From a virus (taxonomy: Duplodnaviria; Caudoviricetes): a stretch of 37,781 nucleotides of DNA. Below, piece by piece: positions 1-9,036 of the stretch. The stretch spans positions 1 through 37,781 of the IMG/VR virus record IMGVR_UViG_3300002986_000087; one strand, 5' to 3'. The notes under the pieces were generated by a model. That model did not search any database, was not told where the DNA came from, and worked only from the letters and a program-made list of their open reading frames with translations. Positions within the stretch are counted from its first letter, which is position 1. Every line of letters starts with the position of its first letter. The translations under genes and the position numbers were made by a program.

Positions 1-1206
1 ATGCCACGAAAACGAAGTATTATTATTTTCCCTTCATTGAATGATCGCGGTGGTGATCTGAGCCGTAAATGGTATGTAGAATGGAAATGGCAAATGCCAG
101 GTGAAACGGATAAACGGATAGAACGTGCTTATAAAGGATTAGCTGAAGGAACGGACTCAGAACGTCGTAAGATTGCTAAATCCATTATCAGGGAAAAAAC
201 AGAGTGGTTTAAATCAGGGGCATATTTGCAGGGAAATGAGACGAAGGTATATGCAGATGAACTGTTATACCGGAACGAAGCAAAGATGTACGGACAAGCG
301 CGATCACAAGTAGTAACTACCCGAACGAACCTGAGCGAATACCTTACCGTTATGAAAGAAAAGGTAAACGCAAAGAGTTACGAAAGTTATGTTTCAAAAT
401 TACGAATCTTCAATGCCTGGCTAAAGTCCAAAAAGTTGGATGAATTATACATTAATAACCTCACCCGCCAACATATCATTGACTTTGCCGTGTATCTTTC
501 GTCCGAACAAAAGTTATCCAGGCTAACAATCAAAAAGTACATTCAAATAATCCATAACTTTTTTAATTTTGAATTGGACCGTAATACAATAACACTTAAT
601 CCGGCAGAACGTATTCCTGCAATGGGTAAAATAGTAGATTGTGCAGCCGTACCCTTCCATACAGATGACCGTACTAAATTAAAAGAAGCCATTTCACATA
701 AGGATCCGCAATTGTGGTTAGCATGCCAGGTACAATTCTATTGTGCCATCCGCCCGGGTACTGAAATACGTCTAATGAAACTTAAATGGATAGATTTTGA
801 ACATGCAAAGTTCAGAATTCCAAATGAGGAAGCAAAAAATAATAAAACAGAACTGGTCAATATCCCATCATTCCTGATTGATGAAATGAAAACAATGGGA
901 ATCAATACCTTTACCGATAACGAATTGTATTTATTTGGTAAACATGGCCGGCCGGGGGATGAACCGCTTGGTAAAAATACATTACGTAACCGATTTAACC
1001 GGTACCGGGAAGCCCTTGGAATAAATAAGGACCATAAATTCTACAGCTGGAAACATTCAGGAGCAATATCACTTATTCAAAATGGTGCACAGCCATATGA
1101 TCTTAAAAACCATTTACGACATGCCAGTTTCTCAACTACAGAAGAATACTTGAAAAAGCAAAGTGGAAACGTTGATCACATTTCCACTTTTACTACTAAA
1201 ATATAA
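1..1206 (+). CDS. int: Tyrosine recombinase / phage integrase
   Basis: 401 aa. Catalytic-type residues in IRPGTE (R), YSWKHS (variant of the H-x-x-R box), LRH, and TTEEY (Y). SAM-like core-binding region. Typical Bacteroidota N-terminal arm (GGDLSRKWYVE). Confidence 0.9.
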   Translation: MPRKRSIIIFPSLNDRGGDLSRKWYVEWKWQMPGETDKRIERAYKGLAEGTDSERRKIAKSIIREKTEWFKSGAYLQGNETKVYADELLYRNEAKMYGQARSQVVTTRTNLSEYLTVMKEKVNAKSYESYVSKLRIFNAWLKSKKLDELYINNLTRQHIIDFAVYLSSEQKLSRLTIKKYIQIIHNFFNFELDRNTITLNPAERIPAMGKIVDCAAVPFHTDDRTKLKEAISHKDPQLWLACQVQFYCAIRPGTEIRLMKLKWIDFEHAKFRIPNEEAKNNKTELVNIPSFLIDEMKTMGINTFTDNELYLFGKHGRPGDEPLGKNTLRNRFNRYREALGINKDHKFYSWKHSGAISLIQNGAQPYDLKNHLRHASFSTTEEYLKKQSGNVDHISTFTTKI

Positions 1207-1239
1207 AAAAAATGGTGGGTCGATATATCGGCCCACCAT
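1205..1239 (-). terminator. Intrinsic terminator between convergent integrase and tailspike genes
   Basis: Hairpin ATGGTGGGTCGAT/ATCGGCCCACCAT with an A-tract at 1205-1212, which is a U-tract on the minus strand. Confidence 0.8.
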
Positions 1240-1260
1240 CTAAAGAGTTATTGGATTAAA

Positions 1261-3282
1261 TTACCATGTATTTTGTTTAACTATTACCCATGCGTAGGTT
1301 GATACACCAGTTTGCATGCACATTTCAAGATAAGAATTATTTGCATCTTTTCTTGTTCTAATTGTAAATTCATTATCTACACTTGCAACATCTGTATCAT
1401 CTCCTATTTTTATACTTGAACCTAATTTTACTCTTCCACGTGATGTAATTCGCAGCCATTCTTTCTCGAATGGTGATGTATTGGAATTTGAAGTCATTAA
1501 AGCAAGATAACCATCTCCATTATTATCCGAAGAATTTTCTTTTCGTCCGACTATTGAGCCAAAAGGTGTTTTTATTTCATCGGTTGTGCTATATCTCCCG
1601 CCTAAAGAAAATTTACCACCTATGTCTGCCCCCATTGCATCTGAGGTCATTATTCCAGCGTTATAAAGTAAATCGTTTTTTAAAGTATCTATTACTTCAA
1701 ATTTTGACGCTGGTTCATTTATGCCTGAACCGACACCAAGTTTTCCATCCACTATGTGATTATCACCTGTAATGACACGACCTCCAGATGGATTAAGTTT
1801 TAAATCTGTAGCAGATACTTGATCTTTGGTTGATTGTATTGCACTATATGAATCTGCTTGGTTTACCCATAAAGCCAGAGTTTGAGGATTAGCAACACCA
1901 TTTCTACGAATTCCAACTGTAGGTGCATCATATTCTCCATCTACAGGACTGTTAATGTCTGCGACTATTGCCCTAGAGAAGTTACCGATTGGTGAAACTC
2001 CTATTTGAAAAGGATTACGAGTTTCATTTCCACCATAATTTCCATAAATAAGCCATATTCCTCCAGCATTACTTATTGGAGGTGAATTAGCATATAAAAT
2101 ATTTCCAAATACAACGCCTGAACCACCATTCAATATTATTTCTGGTGGGGTTTCTCCTGCAACCCCACTACCTACCTTATTCCCAAAAATAGTGTCATTA
2201 AGAGCCGTAGTTACTGTAATAGCTGCTCCGCCATTATCATAAATAACATTGTTCGTTATCCATCCCGTATATCCACCGGTTCGTAAAATGCCGCCTCCTA
2301 AATTGCTTTGTATTTGATTCCCATCTATATAATTTGTGTCCCATCCTTCAATAATTGCATAATCGGTAAATCCTTGTATCATATTACGCGTAATATGAAC
2401 ATTATCATCTGTCTGCCCAAGAGTTGAGTTTGTAATAAAACTTAGAGCAACATATGAACCAAATCCGTTTATTTTATTAATAGTTATTCCTTTATGTCTT
2501 GCAGCTCCGTGCATATTTGCTACTGTATCGCCAATGGTAAACATATTTATTGCAGTTGTAGCAACAATTTGACAACCTCCTGGTTCTCCGGGTAATTGAG
2601 GAATTGGATAAGCCGTTCCAGGTCCTGACCAAAACGGTTCTGAAACGCCCTCAATATCTATCCAATCCCAATCAATCAGAATACTTCTTAATATTGGATA
2701 ATATCCCGCATAACAATTTAAAGTACCTCCATTTGCTCCAAGTTGGTTAATTGCCCATTCTATACTCCCGACTTGATTAGGGTCTCCATGATCGGTAATG
2801 GAAGTAAAGGGATAAATATCAATTGATCGAATAATACCATTTTTGTCTTTATGTAAAATATAATTTGTAAGTGGAGCCATCTCCACCATTGATAAATTTG
2901 TAGAACTCAAATAACTGCCACCGGACACGAATGAACTTCCATTCCAATAATTCCAATTTCCATTATCTAAAGTAATATAATTAAATGAATGGTCTGGATT
3001 TCCAGCATTTAAGTCCTCTAAATTAGCATAAGGAGGTCCTTTTGGAGCACCATTGCCTAACGCTGAAACTTGGCTTTGCAAATTTAAATCTGCATTAGTT
3101 CTATTGCTTGTTTCTATATCTAAAGTATGCTTTATGTCATAAATACCTTTAAAGGATGCATCTATCTCGTCAAAACCCTCATTCACCTTATCAAAATTAG
3201 CCTTTAATGCTTCACGTGCTTCACGACCAGTTCCGGAAGTTCCATCCCACGGTTTTATTTCTTCAAATGTTTTCTTTGCCAT
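1261..3282 (-). CDS. Tailspike / receptor-binding protein with right-handed beta-helix (putative depolymerase)
   Basis: 673 aa, last gene of the tail module. N-terminal coiled segment, a 'SIEWAINQLGANGGTL' beta-helix cap, Asn/Gly-rich parallel beta-helix repeats (ITRNMI, IDGNQI, ITNNVI, IFGNKV) and a fibre-like C-terminus. Confidence 0.75.
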   Translation of the reverse strand: MAKKTFEEIKPWDGTSGTGREAREALKANFDKVNEGFDEIDASFKGIYDIKHTLDIETSNRTNADLNLQSQVSALGNGAPKGPPYANLEDLNAGNPDHSFNYITLDNGNWNYWNGSSFVSGGSYLSSTNLSMVEMAPLTNYILHKDKNGIIRSIDIYPFTSITDHGDPNQVGSIEWAINQLGANGGTLNCYAGYYPILRSILIDWDWIDIEGVSEPFWSGPGTAYPIPQLPGEPGGCQIVATTAINMFTIGDTVANMHGAARHKGITINKINGFGSYVALSFITNSTLGQTDDNVHITRNMIQGFTDYAIIEGWDTNYIDGNQIQSNLGGGILRTGGYTGWITNNVIYDNGGAAITVTTALNDTIFGNKVGSGVAGETPPEIILNGGSGVVFGNILYANSPPISNAGGIWLIYGNYGGNETRNPFQIGVSPIGNFSRAIVADINSPVDGEYDAPTVGIRRNGVANPQTLALWVNQADSYSAIQSTKDQVSATDLKLNPSGGRVITGDNHIVDGKLGVGSGINEPASKFEVIDTLKNDLLYNAGIMTSDAMGADIGGKFSLGGRYSTTDEIKTPFGSIVGRKENSSDNNGDGYLALMTSNSNTSPFEKEWLRITSRGRVKLGSSIKIGDDTDVASVDNEFTIRTRKDANNSYLEMCMQTGVSTYAWVIVKQNTW

Positions 3283-3296
3283 AATATATTAGTTTA

Positions 3297-5201
3297 TTAT
3301 TTTAATGCGTAAAACTTACCTTTAACTTCTTTCTCAAATCCCTTTATTACGACCGTATGCTCGAGGGATATCGGCATGTAGGTTTTATTGTTGATACTAA
3401 ATAAATTTGCAGCTGATGTATCAGGAGTTTCCTGAATGGTAAATAAATATTGAATTGTAGTATCAATGATCGATTGTTGATGATAATCGGATATAATTCC
3501 ACCTGCGCCTTTTAAACGCATTCTTTTTGTTGCAAATGGAGTAAAATAAGTAGTTCGCCAGTTTTCAAAATCTACAAATCTATTTGCACTGTTTCCATAC
3601 GTACCAACTTCAGGATAATTATCTGTATGTGAAAATGGATATGTCGGAGTTATAGATGCATAATCTGAAAAAGTAATTGCAACATCAAACGTGTGAAGCA
3701 TTCCGGTAAATAAAGCGACCTCGATACTTTTTGACCGAGTTATATTTATAGGTCCTGATTCAACAGCATCAACAAATCCCTGTTCAACGGCTATATAATA
3801 TGAATTTGAGCAAACCGGCAATTGATAGGCTACTTCTGTTACAATAGGATAACCACCTATTGTAAGCGTGACAGGTTTTTTATTAATGGTAATTTCTGCA
3901 GGCGTAATTTTCAATTCAAGTATACGATCATCCGTATCACCTACAGGAGCAAATTTATTTATCAGATTTAAGTATTTCGATAAATCTGAAGTTTCTTTTA
4001 CAGAATATAGATTGATACCGGGTATTCCATAGAAATAATCATTGTTTAACTCTTTATCACGATAGATATATAATTGATTTATAAATTCATGACTAACTTC
4101 AATAAAATCCCTTAATGCAGCAAAATTATCGAACTCAGCTATTTGACATTTTGCGATGATATCATCGCTTAATTGTTGATATTTGAAATAGGTAGTTGAT
4201 GTTGGAATACTATATTTAACCTTAGTAAAGTCAAAGAATGAATTAGCAGGTACATCTTCATTCAAATCACGCTGATAAGCATCTACTACAACCGGGATAA
4301 CTATTTTTTTTGTAGATATATTTATACTAAGCGATACAATGTTCATTATTTTAGTAGATGCATCGACTAAAAAACTAACATTAAAAAAATTAGATACAGC
4401 TGTTATAAATTCAGCAATTGTAATGTCAGGTAAAGCATCGGCATATTTTAACGAGTTAACCGAATTGATAAGATACATTTTTTGTGCTCTATCATCTGAA
4501 TTAAGAATGTTTGTACCCATTGTAAACCCTAATACCGATGGAAGTTTATTTATATAGTACAGCAGGTAAGGCTGCATTATAATATCAGTAACTTCAGTAA
4601 TTGGTACTCCCGGAGTCTGAGAATTATTGGTTAATTTATAATCATTATATATTGTCCCTCCAATTTTTACAGGTGCACATACATAGTTTATTTGTATATC
4701 ATACCCAAATGAAATATGCTGTAATCCATAACCTGGATACGATATAGATTGATATGCTTTTGAGAAATTTATAGTATCTTCAGTTCCCCAGTCAAATGCC
4801 CATATTTTTTGATCTTTAGCTATATAATTTAATTCTGAATTACCAGCTACAAATTGAGTATTAACCTTTACATCCGTATTAGATATTACAATTATTTTCC
4901 CATGTCTTATTTTATTATCTACTATAAGTATAGCATTGTTTCCAACGGGTGGAATAATAGTATTTACGCCATTAATAACTTCAGTAGTATTAATGGCATT
5001 TGCTAAGATAGGATTGCTTACAGAAATGTTGATACGGTTTAAATGTTCAAAAATCTTTGCATTGACAGGATTTAATAACGATAATTCCATATCCCATGTG
5101 AAATCACCATTATTGGTTATTTCCGGATTATCTTCATTGAGTGTTAAACTCAAATCATCCGGTAATACCACTGCTTGTCCTTCTATATATAATTCTGTCA
5201 T
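3297..5201 (-). CDS. Minor tail / baseplate hub-like protein
   Basis: 634 aa. N-terminus MTELYIEGQAVVLPDDLSLTLNEDNP is typical of Bacteroidota phage tail proteins. Lies immediately before the tailspike. Confidence 0.6.
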   Translation of the reverse strand: MTELYIEGQAVVLPDDLSLTLNEDNPEITNNGDFTWDMELSLLNPVNAKIFEHLNRINISVSNPILANAINTTEVINGVNTIIPPVGNNAILIVDNKIRHGKIIVISNTDVKVNTQFVAGNSELNYIAKDQKIWAFDWGTEDTINFSKAYQSISYPGYGLQHISFGYDIQINYVCAPVKIGGTIYNDYKLTNNSQTPGVPITEVTDIIMQPYLLYYINKLPSVLGFTMGTNILNSDDRAQKMYLINSVNSLKYADALPDITIAEFITAVSNFFNVSFLVDASTKIMNIVSLSINISTKKIVIPVVVDAYQRDLNEDVPANSFFDFTKVKYSIPTSTTYFKYQQLSDDIIAKCQIAEFDNFAALRDFIEVSHEFINQLYIYRDKELNNDYFYGIPGINLYSVKETSDLSKYLNLINKFAPVGDTDDRILELKITPAEITINKKPVTLTIGGYPIVTEVAYQLPVCSNSYYIAVEQGFVDAVESGPINITRSKSIEVALFTGMLHTFDVAITFSDYASITPTYPFSHTDNYPEVGTYGNSANRFVDFENWRTTYFTPFATKRMRLKGAGGIISDYHQQSIIDTTIQYLFTIQETPDTSAANLFSINNKTYMPISLEHTVVIKGFEKEVKGKFYALK

Positions 5202-5755
5202 AATTCAAAATCCTGAAAATCGAAACTAACACTTATTCCATTAAAACCACCATATACCTGGTATTCCCATTCTGTCTTAAATGGCTTTGCAAGGAGTTCG
5301 TTACCATCACGCACAACGCTACTTAGTCCATGTTCCAACGCATATTCCTTTACCAGTTTCATAATGGCCTGCATTTTGGCATAATGCATTGTTTCAGTAG
5401 TATCTTTATGGGATCCCGGATCAATCTTTTCAAGTAGAAAGAAAAGTTGATGATTCATTTCTGAATAGTTGTCAGCATCTTCCACCTGGGCATCTGCATC
5501 CGGCATCTTAACGGCCAGTATAATTCCTTTTTTATCCGCAATCTTTTTTACCAAATGCTGTTCGGTAGGTGATATCAATATATGATCAATTACTTTACCC
5601 AGTACAGGCTTCGTATTTATTTTGCCATCATCAATCCAATGGTCATCATCAATCCACAATCCTTCACTCAGTACCCAGTTCTCACCGTCAATCAGATTAT
5701 TGACAGTTTCCTGCATATCAATCAAAATATCTTTCAGTCGGTTAATTGGTATCAT
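5198..5755 (-). CDS. Putative tail completion/structural protein with Trp-Asp motif
   Basis: 185 aa. ATGA-type overlaps with both neighbours. Contains WVLSEGLWIDDDHWIDD. Confidence 0.55.
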   Translation of the reverse strand: MIPINRLKDILIDMQETVNNLIDGENWVLSEGLWIDDDHWIDDGKINTKPVLGKVIDHILISPTEQHLVKKIADKKGIILAVKMPDADAQVEDADNYSEMNHQLFFLLEKIDPGSHKDTTETMHYAKMQAIMKLVKEYALEHGLSSVVRDGNELLAKPFKTEWEYQVYGGFNGISVSFDFQDFEL

Positions 5756-6600
5756 GATTTCTTTAGGTTTTCAGCGGTTTGATGATCGGCTAATAGTTTT
5801 AGCATGACTTTAAACAGGAGTGCGTTATCTGTTTCGTCAACATTCCCAAAAGTACGACTTTCGGCAAGCGTGAAAAGGACAGAAGTCATGCCCAGGTTCT
5901 CATCTTTTTTACCGTCCGGATCACCTCCTGAAGTAAACAGTGCAGCAAAAGAAACTTCATTCCCTTCTATATCAAATTCACCGGTCATCAGGTATTTGCA
6001 GAAGTACGAAAACCACAGATAAACTCCCCACTTAATGTGTTCCGGAACATTCTTTACCCTGCCCGCATATTTCTCAATATGGTATTCATTGAACGATTCT
6101 CGGTAATCCCCTTTAAATGTTGATTTCTTTGTATCCTTTGCCGGTCGACGGTATAGTATCCCAACTAACCCATTCAGCGACTCCATATCGTGGTTGATGG
6201 TATAATTGTTATACATCCAGCATGCTTTCCTGTACTCCCCGAAGCGCAGATCATACCCGGCACTTTGCGGACCTACCAGTTTGCCAATCTTAGGTATCAG
6301 GTTTTGAACACTGTCGTAATTAAACAGAACCTCACCCCCTGCACTATCTTCTAAAGGAGATGGGGTAAACACCCAACTAAGGATATTGGCCACTCCATTC
6401 ACCAGTAACAGGTAATCAGCCTTTTTAACCGGACTAATAAACTTCTTACGGCCACACAGAAAATCGGCAAAGTCTCTCAATACATCTTGCTGGGTAATCG
6501 TTTCATTCACCATCATGACAAATATTTTTTTGAGTAGATATTCAAATTGAGGTTGGTTTAATTCGTCCCAACATTCCGGAATGGTTTTGTTTTTCTTCAT
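5752..6600 (-). CDS. Phage protein, possible tail assembly chaperone
   Basis: 282 aa, helical, starts IPECWDEL. Preceded by the conserved promoter-like motif. Function inferred from position only. Confidence 0.5.
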   Translation of the reverse strand: MKKNKTIPECWDELNQPQFEYLLKKIFVMMVNETITQQDVLRDFADFLCGRKKFISPVKKADYLLLVNGVANILSWVFTPSPLEDSAGGEVLFNYDSVQNLIPKIGKLVGPQSAGYDLRFGEYRKACWMYNNYTINHDMESLNGLVGILYRRPAKDTKKSTFKGDYRESFNEYHIEKYAGRVKNVPEHIKWGVYLWFSYFCKYLMTGEFDIEGNEVSFAALFTSGGDPDGKKDENLGMTSVLFTLAESRTFGNVDETDNALLFKVMLKLLADHQTAENLKKS

Positions 6601-6604
6601 GATT

Positions 6605-6640
6605 CAAATTTACTATTCCTACCCATCTTATAAAAGGACA
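6605..6640 (-). promoter_or_regulatory. Putative phage late promoter, copy 1
   Basis: Minus strand reads TGTCCTTT-N20-TAAATTTG. Confidence 0.65.
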
Positions 6641-6679
6641 AAAAAAAACGATCACGAACTTCCATTGCGCCATCTCTTT

Positions 6680-6717
6680 CCCCTCTCACCTGGGAGAGGG
6701 GGTTGGGGGGTGAGGTC
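6680..6717. repeat. REP-like GC-rich palindromic element
   Basis: CCCTCTCACCTGGGAGAGGGGGTTGGGGGGTGAGGTC. A related, inverted, degenerate copy lies in-frame at about 6329-6366. Confidence 0.55.
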
Positions 6718-6808
6718 AAAATAATACCGGAGGACTTCACAGCCTTCCGGTATCTCAAAACTTTTAAATCTAATACTATGAAAAAATCACAAAATCTATA
6801 TGTTGTTG
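6718..6808 (-). ncRNA. Candidate small RNA, about 90 nt
   Basis: Has its own promoter-like motif (6813-6847), no convincing ORF, and a 3' hairpin ATACCGGAAGGCTGTGAAGTCCTCCGGTAT followed by a U-rich tail. Confidence 0.45.
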
Positions 6809-6812
6809 AAAG

Positions 6813-6847
6813 CAAATTTAAGAACTTTAATTTTCACAGAAAGGACA
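6813..6847 (-). promoter_or_regulatory. Putative phage late promoter, copy 2
   Basis: TGTCCTTT-N19-TAAATTTG. Confidence 0.6.
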
Positions 6848-6858
6848 AATATATTTAC

Positions 6859-6880
6859 ACTACCTACTACCTACTACTAA
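6859..6880. repeat. Heptamer repeat family A (CTACTAC)n
   Basis: ACTACCTACTACCTACTACTA. Contains the TAG stop of the gene at 6877. Confidence 0.8.
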
Positions 6881-7977
6881 CTATCCAACCACTGACCATC
6901 ATCCAACCATACCTTATTATCTTCCCATTTGCCATATTCAAGGATCCAACGCATAAATGATTCACCGGTAATGAATCTGTTATCAATAACATTTGCAAAG
7001 TGGAAAGTGAACGCAACCGGTATAAGGTTACCCGATCGTATACTTGTTTCCGATTGTTCTTCAGATATTACTATTTTTCTCCACGATCCCAGGTAATAGA
7101 TCCGCACATCTTCGGAGTTAAATAGTTCGCGATACCGTTCATAATCATTCATACTGAATATCTTACCGGAGTTCACAGTAAACTTATCAACCCGTTCGAC
7201 GTTATATTTTAGCTCTGTTCGGTTTATTGTGGCCGTATTGAACGTTGTTTCACCTTTTCGGGTAACATTCCCACGGGTAACAATTGTTTCGGGCACATCA
7301 AAACTGTTTTTAAACATAAAATTAAGCGGTGCCAGGTAATTGGCGCGATCGACCATTAATACCTGGATCTGATTTGCTGTTTTTATGCGTAATGCAACAA
7401 TGGTACTGGCATCAATAGCAGGAAACATTGCAGAAATAACAGAAAATGAAACATCCATTGTTCTGAATGTTCCTGAAGCCGAACCGTCCAACGTTACTTC
7501 ATCTGAATTTGTCGGTATTCCTGCAACCATGTACGTAACAAATACCTTCACCGGTGCCAGGAGTTTACAGGTTATATATTCATTTGATGTGCGGGTGATT
7601 GTTTTTATTTGTTTAAGTAAATTTAGAAATACATTTCCGTTTACGAAATCGGGTGCCGGGACATCTGAATATGCTTTACATTTCAACACTTTGAAAATTC
7701 GTGCCAGTGCAACCGTATCTATTTTCACGGTAAACGATCCCATTAATGTTGGATGATCTATTTCGTCGATCGTACCTGAAACATAATTTTCAAAAAACCT
7801 ACCCAAATCAAGCACCTTAATAGTCCCTGAAGCATCCGGTGTATATGTTTCCAAAAGCAAGGAAGTTGTACCCTGAAGTATTTCAAATGTGATATTTGCC
7901 GTTGACGTGATGATAAAATCTTTTACCATGGCCGAAAGGCTGTATTCGTCGGGTTGTTGTACTACCGTATAGCTCAT
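6877..7977 (-). CDS. Virion structural (minor tail-like) protein
   Basis: Likely start is the ATG at 7977 (MSYTVV), because the upstream extension is repeat and overlap sequence. Beta-rich, with FKNSFDVPET motif and C-terminal WEDNKVWLDDGQWLD. Confidence 0.6.
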   Translation of the reverse strand: MSYTVVQQPDEYSLSAMVKDFIITSTANITFEILQGTTSLLLETYTPDASGTIKVLDLGRFFENYVSGTIDEIDHPTLMGSFTVKIDTVALARIFKVLKCKAYSDVPAPDFVNGNVFLNLLKQIKTITRTSNEYITCKLLAPVKVFVTYMVAGIPTNSDEVTLDGSASGTFRTMDVSFSVISAMFPAIDASTIVALRIKTANQIQVLMVDRANYLAPLNFMFKNSFDVPETIVTRGNVTRKGETTFNTATINRTELKYNVERVDKFTVNSGKIFSMNDYERYRELFNSEDVRIYYLGSWRKIVISEEQSETSIRSGNLIPVAFTFHFANVIDNRFITGESFMRWILEYGKWEDNKVWLDDGQWLDS

Positions 7978-7979
7978 AT

Positions 7980-8014
7980 AAATAGTAAATAGTAAATGAA
8001 TAAATAGTAAATTC
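7980..8014. repeat. Repeat family B (AAATAGT-based, 33-35 bp)
   Basis: AAATAGTAAATAGTAAATGAATAAATAGTAAATTC fills nearly the whole intergenic gap. Confidence 0.85.
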
Positions 8015-8947
8015 TTATACCCGCATAAACTTATTCTTCGGATCATTCACCGGCATAACCACGACTGCGGGTAACCCGTTACGCGTGCGCTTAGCCAATT
8101 CAATAAGTTCTTCAGCCTGATCTTCCAACCAATCGCTCATCTCGTCAATATCGCTTTTACTTGCAGCGTTTGACGTATCGCGGGAGTCGGAACTACTTGA
8201 ATAGTTACGGATAACGCCTGCAGGGATAATACCTAATGGCAACCGCTTTACTGCAATGCTCATGGTGAGTAATGGGATAGCCGGTAACAGGTATTCGATG
8301 ACTTCCTTATCCTTTGCGCTCAATTCAGATCCGGTAACATACCGTTCATAATCAACTCCGAATTGCTTTTTAATCCATATCCGCTCCACTTCCTTCAAAA
8401 ATGGCAATAACAGGATAAATATACGTCCGGAGTTCTGTATCGGATAATACTCATTGAATTTAGATGTTGAATTAATCAACAACGATTTCAATGCTTTTTT
8501 ATAATCGGAGGTTGTCCAGGCATCAACGGTATTCTCATCCAGATAATCAATCAATGCATCAACGGCACTGTAATACTTATCCAGTTGGATTTCATCATCT
8601 GCCTTTAATTGCCATTGCCACGGTATCTTTTCAGTCTCCGAACTGATCTTTACTTTACGCCCGCTGTCCTCATGGCTGATATCATTCGAACGATACATGT
8701 TGAATGTGGCAAGTATGGCAATCGGTAACTGAACATACGGTACCAACCCGATATTGGCAGGCGTTGTATCGGTGGAATGATATGCCGTTTCAGCCAGGTT
8801 ATATACAGCGGCCCCGATTATCTTTTTCAGGTCGGCAGTAGCCAGCATAATATCACCCGTCATTTTTTCGAAAGAATTATTGTTGTAATAATTTCCGGTT
8901 AATGACCTGAGTTCAGAAGTTCCGTTATCATCTTTGTTGAATATCAT
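8015..8947 (-). CDS. Putative head-tail adaptor/connector (DUF6712-like)
   Basis: 310 aa, helical, apparently two similar halves, directly downstream of the portal gene. Family assignment from recall. Confidence 0.5.
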   Translation of the reverse strand: MIFNKDDNGTSELRSLTGNYYNNNSFEKMTGDIMLATADLKKIIGAAVYNLAETAYHSTDTTPANIGLVPYVQLPIAILATFNMYRSNDISHEDSGRKVKISSETEKIPWQWQLKADDEIQLDKYYSAVDALIDYLDENTVDAWTTSDYKKALKSLLINSTSKFNEYYPIQNSGRIFILLLPFLKEVERIWIKKQFGVDYERYVTGSELSAKDKEVIEYLLPAIPLLTMSIAVKRLPLGIIPAGVIRNYSSSSDSRDTSNAASKSDIDEMSDWLEDQAEELIELAKRTRNGLPAVVVMPVNDPKNKFMRV

Positions 8948-8953
8948 AATGTG

Positions 8954-8988
8954 GAATTTACTATTTGTTTATTTACTATTTACTATTT
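8954..8988. repeat. Repeat family B, inverted copy
   Basis: Reverse complement matches 7980-8014 at 33 of 35 positions. Confidence 0.85.
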
Positions 8989-9004
8989 AGGATAATAAGT
9001 CTTA

Positions 9005-9036
9005 ACTACCCACTACCTACTACCTACTACGTACTA
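9005..9036. repeat. Heptamer repeat family A
   Basis: ACTACCCACTACCTACTACCTACTACGTACTA. Includes the portal TAG stop. Confidence 0.8.

Noticed and set aside
1-1260. att site next to the integrase
   Set aside because: No direct repeat or tRNA fragment is identifiable. The site probably lies outside the window.
1261-3282. Tailspike as a DGR target
   Set aside because: No TR-like sequence or SRL-type ending was found by eye at its 3' end. An alignment would be needed to exclude a degenerate VR.
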